Of a DNA stretch of 64,000 nt, positions 28,522-37,245 are shown in pieces. The position numbers and the translations under genes are program-made. The DNA comes from Dehalococcoidia bacterium (GTDB lineage: Bacteria > Chloroflexota > Dehalococcoidia > UBA2979), in NCBI GenBank assembly GCA_965262725.1, contig OZ253555.1:2112001-2176000 (forward strand), in the 5' to 3' direction. The notes under the pieces were generated by a model. That model ran no database searches. It was given only the letters and a program-made list of their open reading frames with translations, and was not told the origin of the DNA. Positions within the stretch are counted from its first letter, which is position 1. Every line of letters starts with the position of its first letter.

Positions 28522-30090
28522 ATGAGCGGGAGACGAGGGGCCGTGGCCGGGAGCGACGACGAGCCGGACGCCGGGACGGCCCGGAGCGCCGCTGCGGGCG
28601 CCCGGGATGAGGCCGCCCAACCGCACCCTCTCGATCCGATCTTCCACCCGCGCTCGATCGCGGTCGTGGGGACACCCTCCGGCGATCCCCACGGCGGCAA
28701 TTTCCTGCGCTCGCTCCGGGCGACGGGCTACGACTCGGGGCACGCCCTCTATCCCGTCAATCCGCGAGGCGGCGTGATCGGCGGGCTCCCCGCCTATCCC
28801 TCGCTGCTCGACTGCCCCGGACCCGTCGACCACGTCATCTCCCAGGTCCCGGCCTCAGCCGTCCCCGCTCTCGTCGAGCAGTGCGTCGAGAAGGGCGTGC
28901 GCACGCTCCATCTCTTCACCGCTGGCTTCTCCGAGACGGGCGATCCGGAGCGGGCCGAGGCCGAGCGATCCGCGGTGAGCCGCGCCGTCGGCGCTGGCAT
29001 CCGCGTCATTGGCCCCAACTGCATGGGGATCTACGTCCCGGAGGAGCGGATCTCTTTCACAGGGGAGCCGCCGACTGAACCCGGCAGCGTCTTCCTGCTC
29101 TCCCAGTCCGGTGTGAACGCCGCCGACACGATCTTCCGGCTCGGCGCCGTGGGGCTCCGCTTCTCCAAGGTCGTCTCCTACGGGAACGGCGCCGATCTCA
29201 CGGCGCATGACTTCCTCGACTACGCCGCGGCCGACCCCCAGACCGAGGTCGTCGCCGCCTACATCGAGGGCGTTTCCGACGGGCCCGCCTTCGCCCGGGC
29301 GCTCAGGCGCTGCGCGCGCCTCAAGCCGACGGTGATCCTGAAGGGCGGCCTGACGGAGGCCGGCGCGCGCGCCGCGAACTCGCACACGGGATCGCTCGCG
29401 GGCTCCCTCCAGGTCTTCGAGGCGCTCTGCCGCCAGGCCGGCGCGCTCCGCGTCGAGAGCATGGTGGAGCTCCGGGACGTGCTGCTTGCGCTCACCACCT
29501 CGGCGCGTCGCGTGCGGGGCCCGGGGGTCGGCGTGCTCAGCTCGGGCGGGGGCTTCGCCGTGCTCTCCTCCGATGCGATCGCGCAGGCGGGGCTCGAGGT
29601 GCCCGAGCTCCCCGAGGAGACCCGGAGCGCGCTCTCCCGGCTCGTCCCCATCGCCGGCACCTCGGTGCGCAACCCGGTGGACGCAAACTTCGATGGCGCC
29701 CAGGGGCGCTCGGAGGGCGATCCCGACCGCCTGAGGCTCGCCGTCTCGGAGGTCGCGCGCTCCCCCGTCACCGACGTCGTCTTCCTCTCCACGAGCCGCG
29801 TCCCCTGGCTCACCGACTCGGCGTCCGGCGCCGAGGACGAGCGCGACCCCTACGAGGCGGCGCGCTCTTTCGGCGAGCAGGTGGCGGCGCTCCAGCGTGA
29901 CCTCGAGGTGCCTCTCCTCTACATCCAGCGAGAGCGGATCTGGGGCGACATCGGGCCGGACCTGGAGCTCGCGCGCACTGCCTATGCGGGCGGCGTCGCC
30001 GTCTACGAGAGCATCGAGCGTGCCGCGCGCTCGGTGGCGCAGCTGCTCGTTTGGCGCGAGCGCCGCGATGGCCTCCCCGCAATCCTCTAG
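28522..30090 (+). CDS. CoA-binding protein / NDP-forming acyl-CoA synthetase alpha subunit
   Basis: PRSIAVVG, YPVNP, IRVIGPNCMG, SQSG, AANSHTGSLAG, NPVD. Confidence 0.9.
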   Translation: MSGRRGAVAGSDDEPDAGTARSAAAGARDEAAQPHPLDPIFHPRSIAVVGTPSGDPHGGNFLRSLRATGYDSGHALYPVNPRGGVIGGLPAYPSLLDCPGPVDHVISQVPASAVPALVEQCVEKGVRTLHLFTAGFSETGDPERAEAERSAVSRAVGAGIRVIGPNCMGIYVPEERISFTGEPPTEPGSVFLLSQSGVNAADTIFRLGAVGLRFSKVVSYGNGADLTAHDFLDYAAADPQTEVVAAYIEGVSDGPAFARALRRCARLKPTVILKGGLTEAGARAANSHTGSLAGSLQVFEALCRQAGALRVESMVELRDVLLALTTSARRVRGPGVGVLSSGGGFAVLSSDAIAQAGLEVPELPEETRSALSRLVPIAGTSVRNPVDANFDGAQGRSEGDPDRLRLAVSEVARSPVTDVVFLSTSRVPWLTDSASGAEDERDPYEAARSFGEQVAALQRDLEVPLLYIQRERIWGDIGPDLELARTAYAGGVAVYESIERAARSVAQLLVWRERRDGLPAIL

Positions 30091-31270
30091 CCCGCCCGGG
30101 CCGGGTCCGCTCCTCCTCATCGGCCAGTCGCTCGAGATCTGGCGCGTCCCCATCCGGCCGGCCGCGCTCGGGAGGCCCCCGGCGACCTGGACGGGCCGGG
30201 ACCGCCGGGAGGTCCGGTTGTTCGAGCGGGCCCGGCGGGCCCGGCTGTTGCGTGAGGACCGGGAGGCCCTGGACTACAGGGAGTTCCTGCGGGCCGAGCG
30301 GGGCCGGGAGACGCCCGAGGCCCGGGCGGCGCATGAGGCCTGGGTGGCCAGGGAGACCCGCGCGGCAGAGATGGCCGAGGAGGCCCGCGACGTCGAGGTC
30401 CGGAAGGCGCGGAAGGCGCTGGAGGACGGGGCTCTCGCGCAGCTGGCGCACGGTGCGGCGGCGCTCGACCTCAACGCCGGTGCCGGGGGAGAGTTCTGGC
30501 GCGAGCTCTCCCGGCTCGCCGGCCACCTCGCCGCGGCGCTTCCGGACGTGCCGCTTCTCCTCGACTGCGGCGATGCGCGGGCGATCGGGGGAGCGCTTCG
30601 GGCGGCCGTCCAGGCCGCGCCGGACCGCCCCGCCCCCCTCGTCGCGAACTCCCTGCGCACGGGCGATCGCCACTCGGCGGCACTGCTCCGGGACGTGGCG
30701 TGGGCCGGAGCCGGGCTCGTGATCTCGTCTGCTGCCCCGGACCGGGACGACTCCCCGCTCTCGATCAGGCAACTGCTCGCGCTGAACGAGGTGGCCGCGA
30801 GGCGCGCGCGCGAGGCCGGTGTGCGGGGCCCGATCTTCGCCGATGCGCTCGCCCATCCGGCGTTCCTGGACGCCGCGCGCTGCCGCCGCTCGCTCGCGCT
30901 GCTGCGGGCCCTCCGGGACTCGCCCGACGGGCTCATCCCGCTCGTCGCGGTGGGGAACGTCGGGCACCGCGCGCATGGGGCGCTGCGCCCTGTGCTCCGG
31001 CGCCTCTACGCCGCGGCGGCGCTCGGCGCCGGGGCTGAGGCGCTCATCCTTCCGGTCGAGGACCGACCGCTCGTCGGCACCGTCGCAGCGCTCACCGGCA
31101 TCACGCTCTCCCGCACGCGCGCCGTCACCGCGCAGCCCACCGCCTCCCCCCACGAGCTCCCCTGGCTCCGCCGCGTCTCGCGCGCGGCCGCGGCCGGGGA
31201 GCCGCTCCCCGCCCCTCCCGTGCGCGCCGGGGACCGGGCGATGTGGGCGTGGGAGGCTCTCAGCGCCTGA
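30068..31270 (+). CDS. Divergent pterin-binding (AcsE/MetH/DHPS-like) TIM-barrel protein
   Basis: LLLIGQSL, QLAHGAAALDLNAG, VPLLLD, IFADALAHP, VAVGNV. Confidence 0.55.
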   Translation: MASPQSSSPPGPGPLLLIGQSLEIWRVPIRPAALGRPPATWTGRDRREVRLFERARRARLLREDREALDYREFLRAERGRETPEARAAHEAWVARETRAAEMAEEARDVEVRKARKALEDGALAQLAHGAAALDLNAGAGGEFWRELSRLAGHLAAALPDVPLLLDCGDARAIGGALRAAVQAAPDRPAPLVANSLRTGDRHSAALLRDVAWAGAGLVISSAAPDRDDSPLSIRQLLALNEVAARRAREAGVRGPIFADALAHPAFLDAARCRRSLALLRALRDSPDGLIPLVAVGNVGHRAHGALRPVLRRLYAAAALGAGAEALILPVEDRPLVGTVAALTGITLSRTRAVTAQPTASPHELPWLRRVSRAAAAGEPLPAPPVRAGDRAMWAWEALSA

Positions 31271-31277
31271 GGCGGGA

Positions 31278-31403
31278 GGGCCCGGGCCGGCCGAGCCGGA
31301 GGGAGCGGCCGAGGGAGTCGAGGGCGAGGTGGAAGAAGGTGGGGCGGCCGCGCGGGCAGCTCTCCGCCGCCTCCAGGTCGTGGAGAAGAGCGCGCTGCTC
31401 CTC
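31278..31403 (-). repeat. Degenerate copy of the mutL 3' end
   Basis: EEQRALLHDLEAAE---SCPRGRPTFFHLALDSLGRSLR vs mutL EEQRALLHDLEAAESPQSCPHGRPTVVHLTRDALDRSFR. Confidence 0.85.
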
Positions 31404-31493
31404 GGACGCGGACCCGTCGGACGCCTCGCCCGGAGGTTCGCCCTGCACGCGCAGGGCGTGCGGTCGACTTCGATCCGTGCCCGGCTTCTCCGG

Positions 31494-31805
31494 CTAGGTG
31501 ATCTCGCTCAGCACGCCGGCCAGCTTGTCGAAGGCCTGAACCCATCCCCCGCCGGCGCCGGTGGCCATGGCGTCGTCGCCCCAGCCCTCCTGCCGAACGG
31601 TGAGGCGCGTCGTGCCGTCGCCGAGGTCGGCGAAGGAGACCGAGAGCACGGTCTCGCTGGGAGCACCCTCGGGCATGCCGTAGTGGCTCGCCGGCACCGT
31701 GTTGCCGGCTGCGTCCGCCATGCACATCGTGGCGACGAGGCGCTCGTGCGGGACGATCTCGCGGAAGACGCCGGCGTTGTAGAACTCGAACCCATCGGGC
31801 GAGCG
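31494..31805 (-). pseudogene. SRPBCC/AHSA1 domain protein, 5'-truncated
   Basis: RSPDGFEFYNAGVFREIVPHERLVAT...FADLGDGTTRLTVRQ...GGWVQAFDKLA; no N-terminus. Confidence 0.75.
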
Positions 31806-31842
31806 AAGTTGTTGCGATCGCTCTAGATCTAGACCAAGTGAA

Positions 31843-32140
31843 TGTCGACGGTCAGCGATTCTGTCCTCGTAACGCGTCAGCGACTCTGTCAGTGTCGCCC
31901 TGGTCGTCGGAGGATGCCGCGGCGCCGTTGCGGCGTCCAGGCACGCCGTTAGCCAGGACGTAGTTGTGGACGGTGTCGCGGGCGATCCCGAGCAGCCTGG
32001 CGGTCGCCCGCATCGAGAGCCCTTGCAGCTGCGCCTGCTGAATCGCCTTCCAGCGGGCGAGCTGCCGGGGCGTCGGAGCAGGGAGTTGCTTGCCGTTGGT
32101 CTCCGGCCTGACCGCAGCGCCGTTGCCGGCCGCAACCGAG
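31843..32140 (-). mobile_element. IS remnant (ISNCY/IS481-like): C-terminal HTH fragment plus terminal repeats
   Basis: PTPRQLARWKAIQQAQLQGLSMRATARLLGIARDTVHNY; TGT end at 31843; repeats GTCAGCGA(T/C)TCTGTC at 31851 and 31876. Confidence 0.6.
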
Positions 32141-32219
32141 GCTACCGCGGAGGTCACGTCCTCGCCCGAGATTGTGGCGGAACTCCGGCGTCGCAAGAAC
32201 TACCAGCCACTCGCCAGCT

Positions 32220-32525
32220 TTAGCGGGTGAAGCGTCCGCCCCGGCTCTTGCGCCAGTCGGGATGCAGGCCGACGTATTCGATGAAGAACATCTTTTCCTG
32301 CTCGTCGACCCGGTAGATCACCCGGCGCTCTCGGTCGACGGAGAACTGATAGTAGCCGCGGTACTCGCCCCGTAGCTGCTTGAGCTTCCCTGGAACGTGA
32401 GTCGAGGGGGTGCGGCTCACGTGGTCGCGCAGAAACGCCAGCACCTCATCAAGGCGGCGTTCTCCCCAGGACTCGAACTCCCTCCAGTGAGCGTCCTCGA
32501 TCTCAATCGACGGTGGGACGGCCAT
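32220..32525 (-). CDS. RelE/YoeB-superfamily toxin-like protein (no adjacent antitoxin)
   Basis: KLKQLRGEYRGYYQFSVDRERRVIYRVDE...IEYVGLH. Confidence 0.75.
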   Translation of the reverse strand: MAVPPSIEIEDAHWREFESWGERRLDEVLAFLRDHVSRTPSTHVPGKLKQLRGEYRGYYQFSVDRERRVIYRVDEQEKMFFIEYVGLHPDWRKSRGGRFTR

Positions 32526-32589
32526 GCGGGCAGCTCTGCAGCGGTGCCGCCGCCTCCAGATCCTCGAGCAGCGCGCTGCTCCTCCGGCG
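32509..32589 (-). repeat. Second degenerate copy of the mutL 3' end
   Basis: CGCCGGAGGAGCAGCGCG-CTGCTCGAGGATCTGGAGGCG...CAGAGCTGCCCGCATGGCCGTCCCACCGTCG aligns to mutL ~33887-33969. Confidence 0.85.
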
Positions 32590-33603
32590 CTACTCCGGGA
32601 AACCGTCCCGGATCTCCTCTCGCGCTTCGGCCAGCGCGGGGGTGTCTCCCAGGGAGAGCCCGATACCGAGCCCCTCCGCGATCGGCTCGACCAGCTGCGC
32701 CGATCTCATCGAGTCGACGACGATCTCTCGAGGAAGCGCGTCGACACGCTCCAGCAGGGCCAGAAGCGTGTCCCGCTTCTCGGTTGCCGACGGGCGTGCG
32801 CCCAGGATCTCGCCGCTCAGCACGAGCCCCGAGCGCCCGTCCACGACCAGAATCATGGTCGGGTAGTAGGGTCGTTCGCCCTTCCGTTCCTGAATCGGTG
32901 TGCGCATATTGAAGCTGTCCCATTCCCAGACGGCCGCGCCCCGTGTGTCCGACCGCGCCACCTGCCGAAGCCGCTCCTGGCGCGGGTAGTCCGGGACGGG
33001 CGCCGTCGGCGGGAACGGCTCCCCCGCTCCCCACTCGCTCTGCTCCGGGCCGTCCCCGAGAGGCGGGAACGAGATGAGAGCGGGCCCGGGTTCCGGCGCA
33101 GCCGCCTCGTCCCGGCTCGCACGGTGCGATGCGACCTCGATGACGGCTCTCAGTGCCAGCGTCAGGAACGCGGCCTCGTCGGCGTCCAGGTACCAGGGCA
33201 CGTAGCCCGGCATGAGCCGCCGGAACAGCGGCCAGCGGCCCCGTCCCCTGTACCGCAGTCCCAGCGTGCGAATGACGGCGAGATCCGCGGCCGCGAGGTC
33301 CTCTCGGTCGGTGAGCAGCGCCGAGGCGGCATTCAGCATGTCGAACGCCTCCTCCGGATCCGGCTCCACCGCGTCCGCCATCGTCGCCAGGTAGGTCGCG
33401 AGCCCCTCGTCGCCGAGATAGAGGGCCAGGCCGTACTCGAGCCCGGCCGCCCCCATGACGACGCCGTGGCCCGTCTGGCCTCGAGAGGGATCCTCCACCG
33501 TCACCACGTCCTCATCGTCCATGACGTGCCACGGCTCCGCGCGGCAGAAGTCCGCGAACGCCGCGTGCAGATCGCGCCACTGCCCGGTTGTGGGGTCCGT
33601 CAC
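32590..33603 (-). CDS. Hypothetical protein (DUF7309/DUF6930-like)
   Basis: WRDLHAAFADFCRAEPW, VMGAAGLEYGLALY, LGLRYRGRGRWPLFRRLMPGYVPW, RPYYP. Confidence 0.7.
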   Translation of the reverse strand: MTDPTTGQWRDLHAAFADFCRAEPWHVMDDEDVVTVEDPSRGQTGHGVVMGAAGLEYGLALYLGDEGLATYLATMADAVEPDPEEAFDMLNAASALLTDREDLAAADLAVIRTLGLRYRGRGRWPLFRRLMPGYVPWYLDADEAAFLTLALRAVIEVASHRASRDEAAAPEPGPALISFPPLGDGPEQSEWGAGEPFPPTAPVPDYPRQERLRQVARSDTRGAAVWEWDSFNMRTPIQERKGERPYYPTMILVVDGRSGLVLSGEILGARPSATEKRDTLLALLERVDALPREIVVDSMRSAQLVEPIAEGLGIGLSLGDTPALAEAREEIRDGFPE

Positions 33604-33825
33604 CTCGCAACGCCCCTCTCCCCTGCCGGTCTTGGAGGCCTCGCGGGCGCTCGCCGGGAGCTGCGCGCCGTCCCTCGCCACGCCCGTGTGCGGCGCGCCG
33701 TCGCCCCAGCGTAGACGGCCCGGGCCGGTACCAGCATCACCCCGCCGCACGGGAGGGAGCGCGGGGGCGACGGCGCCCCCGGCTGCGGCCGCGAGCGGGT
33801 GGAGGAGCCCGCAGCCGTGCGCGGC

Positions 33826-35688
33826 CTACCGGCGCTGCCCGGGCCTGCGGAAGGAGCGGTCGAGGGCGTCGCGGGTGAGGTGCACGACGGTGGGGCGGCC
33901 GTGCGGGCAGCTCTGCGGCGACTCCGCGGCCTCCAGGTCGTGGAGCAGCGCCCGCTGCTCCTCCGGCGCGAGCCGGTCGCCGGCCATCACGGAGGCGCGG
34001 CAGGCGAGGGTCGCCAGGGCGCGGTCGGGGCCGGTGAGGCGCTCCTCGGCGTCGAGGGCGTCGAGGTAGTCGACGAGCGCCCGCGCCGGATCGCGGCTCC
34101 CGAGCGCCGCCGGCACGGCGCGGAGCAGCACGGCGCTCCCGTCCATCTCCGTGAGCTCGAAGCCGAGCGCCTCGAGATCGGTGGAGACCCCGGCCGCGAG
34201 CGCCGCCTGGGCCGGCGCGAGCGCGACCATGACCGGATCGAGCAGCGGCTGCCGCTCGGGCCGCCCGCGCCCCTGCGCCGCCAGCACGCGCTCGTAGAGC
34301 ACGCGCTCGTGCGCGGCATGCTGGTCGACCAGGTAGAGGCCGTCCGGTCCCTCCGCGACCAGGTAGAGCCGGTCGAACTGCCCGAGCGGCCTGAGCGCCG
34401 GGAGCCGCTCCCCGAGCGGGAGCGTCACCCGACCCGCGTAGGGCTCGCCGGAGGGGAGCGCGGTCCGGGCGGAGGCGCCCGAGGGGTCCGACCCGTGGCC
34501 GGGGAGCGGGGGCGGGAGGTGGAACGAGCGCGACGGCTGCGCGGAGGCGAGCGCCTCGCGACCGCGGCGCGCGGCGGGGGCGCGGTCCTCCTCGCTGCCG
34601 GCGGGAGGCCCCTCGAGCCAGGGGGCCTCGGGGGCGGGAGCCCCGGCGAGCGCCTCGCGCACAGCCTCGGAGACGGTGGCGTAGACGAGCTGTTCGTGGC
34701 GGAAGCGCACCTCGGCCTTGCGCGGGTGGACGTTCACGTCGACCTGCTCGGGCGGGACCTCGACGCGCACGAGCGCGACCGGGTGGCGGCCGGCGGGCAT
34801 CAGCGAGCGGTAGGATTCCTCGATGGCGTGGACGAGCGCCCGCGAGGAGATGGTGCGGCCGTTCGCGACGAGGTGCAGGTAGCGCCGGCTCCCGCGGTGA
34901 AGCGTCGGGGGGCCGACCAGGCCGCCGACCACGCAGCGCGGCTCCTCGCCGCCGGGGTCCGTCGCCGGCAGGCCGCGGTCGGCTGAGGCGGGGAGCAGCA
35001 GCTCCGCGACGGCCGCGCCGTAGACGGCCGCGACCGCGTCCAGGGGCGCGCCCGTCCCCGGCGTGTTAAGCGACTGCCGCCCGTCGACGCGGAGGCGGAA
35101 GGAGACCCCGGGCCGGGCGAGCGCGTAGTCGGTCACGACCTCGCTCACCGCGCGCGCCTCCGCACGCGGTGAGCGCAGGAAGCGCCGGCGCGCCGGGAGG
35201 CGGGCGAAGAGATCCCGCACGTCGACGGTGGTGCCGGGGGCGGAGGCGGCGCTCCCGGGAGCCTCCGCGCTCCCCGAGCGGTAGCGGGCGATGACGGCGC
35301 CCTGCTCGCCCGCGGGACGCGTCGTGAGATCGACGTCGGCGGCGGCCGCGACGGCCGCGAGCGCCTCCCCCCGGAAGCCGAGCGTCCGGACGCGGAAGAG
35401 ATCGGAGTCGGTGGCGAGCTTCGAGGTCGCGTGGCGGAGGAAGGCGCGTGCGACCTCGCCCGGCGGGATCCCGCGCCCGTCGTCGCGCACCCGCATGCGC
35501 GAGGCTCCCCCCTCCTCGATCTCGACCTCGATGACCGCGGCGCCCGCGTCGAGCGCGTTCTCTAAGAGCTCCTTCACCACCGACGCGGGGCGCTCGATGA
35601 CCTCGCCCGCGGCGATGCGCGCCGCCACCTCGGGCGGGAGCACGCGGATGGGCGGGGGCCGGTCGGGCCCGGTCGCGTCAGTGCTCAT
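33826..35688 (-). CDS. mutL: DNA mismatch repair endonuclease MutL
   Basis: IAAGEVIERPASVVKELLENALDAGA, TLGFRGEAL, VDVNVHP, DQHAAHERVLYE, SCPHGRP. Confidence 0.97.
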   Translation of the reverse strand: MSTDATGPDRPPPIRVLPPEVAARIAAGEVIERPASVVKELLENALDAGAAVIEVEIEEGGASRMRVRDDGRGIPPGEVARAFLRHATSKLATDSDLFRVRTLGFRGEALAAVAAAADVDLTTRPAGEQGAVIARYRSGSAEAPGSAASAPGTTVDVRDLFARLPARRRFLRSPRAEARAVSEVVTDYALARPGVSFRLRVDGRQSLNTPGTGAPLDAVAAVYGAAVAELLLPASADRGLPATDPGGEEPRCVVGGLVGPPTLHRGSRRYLHLVANGRTISSRALVHAIEESYRSLMPAGRHPVALVRVEVPPEQVDVNVHPRKAEVRFRHEQLVYATVSEAVREALAGAPAPEAPWLEGPPAGSEEDRAPAARRGREALASAQPSRSFHLPPPLPGHGSDPSGASARTALPSGEPYAGRVTLPLGERLPALRPLGQFDRLYLVAEGPDGLYLVDQHAAHERVLYERVLAAQGRGRPERQPLLDPVMVALAPAQAALAAGVSTDLEALGFELTEMDGSAVLLRAVPAALGSRDPARALVDYLDALDAEERLTGPDRALATLACRASVMAGDRLAPEEQRALLHDLEAAESPQSCPHGRPTVVHLTRDALDRSFRRPGQRR

Positions 35689-35716
35689 CTTGTCCGCCCC
35701 CCCTGGTGTACCTACG

Positions 35717-37201
35717 ATGACGGCGAGCCGAGCTCCCGACCGGCGCCTGGCCTGCGGCGCATGCGGGCGGGAGCGCACGGGGGAAGGGACGGCCCGCCTG
35801 CTCACACGGATCGCGGCGGCGACGCTCAGTGTGCTGCTGGTGGCGCTGGCCGCGAGCGACGTCCCGCGTCCCCCGGACGCGGAGGTCCTCCCCCCGCTGC
35901 CAGGCGCTGACGTCCTGCTGGCGCTGCCGCGAGCCGGCATCGAGCCCCACGAGCTCGCGCGGGCGCTTGCGCGACTCGGCCACGAGACGCTCCCCGTCCC
36001 CGGGCTCGCCGGCGCCGCGCGCGTGCGCGTCCCCGCCGGCACGGACCCCGGTGAGCTCGCCCGCGAGCTGGCCGCGAGTGGCCTGGCGCGCGCGGTCGAG
36101 GAGGACGGCATCGTCCGCGTGAGCCGCACCCCCGGCGACCCGCTCTACCCGGAGCTCCAGTCCTCCTATATGGAGGTCGTGAGGGCGCCCGAGGCGTGGG
36201 AGCGGACCGGCGGCTCGCGCGAGGTCGTCATCGCCGTCATCGACACCGGCATCGACTTCGGCCACCCCGACATGGCGCAGACGCTCTGGGTGAACGAGGA
36301 GGATGACTTCGGGAACCGGCGCGACGACGACACAAACGGCTGCGTCGACGACACCTACGGCTGCTCCTTCGTCTCGCTCGCGACGGCCGACCCCTCCTGC
36401 GGGTACCAGGTCGCCTCCCCGAACTGGCTCATCGACGACGACGAGGGGCACGGGACCTTCGTCGCCTCCATCGCCGCCGCCTCGGGCGACGACGACCGGG
36501 GCATCACCGGGGTCGCCTGGGAGACGCGGCTGCTCGCGGTGAAGGTGCTCGACTGCACGGGCACCGGGCGCATCTCGGACGCGGCGGCGGGGATCCGCTA
36601 CGCGGCCCGCGCGGGCGCCGACATCATCAACGTCTCCTTCGGATCGCCGCGGGACTCGCGCCTCTTGCGCGAGGCCATAGCGGCGGCGACTCAGGCCGGG
36701 GCGCTCGTCGTCGCCTCCGCCGGGAACGAGGGGCCGGGCGACGCGACCTTCCCGGCGCGCTACGAGTCGGTGCTCTCGGTCTCGGCGAGTGGGGCGCGCG
36801 GCGAGGACGGCGCCATCGACTACCGGCTCGCGGCCTCCTTCGCCTCGACGGGTGCCGGCGTCGACCTCTTCGCGCCGGGGCTCGATGTGGCGGGCGCGGT
36901 CCCGGAGCCCCTCTGCGGCCAGGGGACCTGGCGCTGCCACGGCGCCGAGCCCTACTCCGTCGCCTCGGGCTCCTCCTACGCGGCGCCGGTCGCGGCGGGG
37001 GCCGCGGCGCTGCTGCTCGCCGAGCGGCCCTGGCTCACGCCGGCGCTCGCGCGCGGCCTCATCGTGACGAGCGCCCACCGCCGGCCCCGCCGTCCGCCGA
37101 TCCTCGACATCGCGGCGATGCTCGACGCCGAGCTCTACGGCGCCGGGGTCGCCAGCACCTCCCGCCCCGGCGGGCCCGCGGCGCGCCCGCCCGAGCCCTA
37201 G
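35717..37201 (+). CDS. S8 family (subtilisin-like) serine peptidase
   Basis: VIAVIDTGID, HGTFVASI, VASAGN, SGSSYAAP. Confidence 0.92.
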   Translation: MTASRAPDRRLACGACGRERTGEGTARLLTRIAAATLSVLLVALAASDVPRPPDAEVLPPLPGADVLLALPRAGIEPHELARALARLGHETLPVPGLAGAARVRVPAGTDPGELARELAASGLARAVEEDGIVRVSRTPGDPLYPELQSSYMEVVRAPEAWERTGGSREVVIAVIDTGIDFGHPDMAQTLWVNEEDDFGNRRDDDTNGCVDDTYGCSFVSLATADPSCGYQVASPNWLIDDDEGHGTFVASIAAASGDDDRGITGVAWETRLLAVKVLDCTGTGRISDAAAGIRYAARAGADIINVSFGSPRDSRLLREAIAAATQAGALVVASAGNEGPGDATFPARYESVLSVSASGARGEDGAIDYRLAASFASTGAGVDLFAPGLDVAGAVPEPLCGQGTWRCHGAEPYSVASGSSYAAPVAAGAAALLLAERPWLTPALARGLIVTSAHRRPRRPPILDIAAMLDAELYGAGVASTSRPGGPAARPPEP

Positions 37202-37245
37202 CGCCGCTCCGTGGCCGGCGTTGGCCTGGCCCCTCGTTGCCCCGC

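Noticed and set aside
31278-33826. Integron cassette array
   Set aside because: Repeats are mutL coding sequence, not palindromic attC sites with RYYYAAC/GTTRRRY, and no IntI is present
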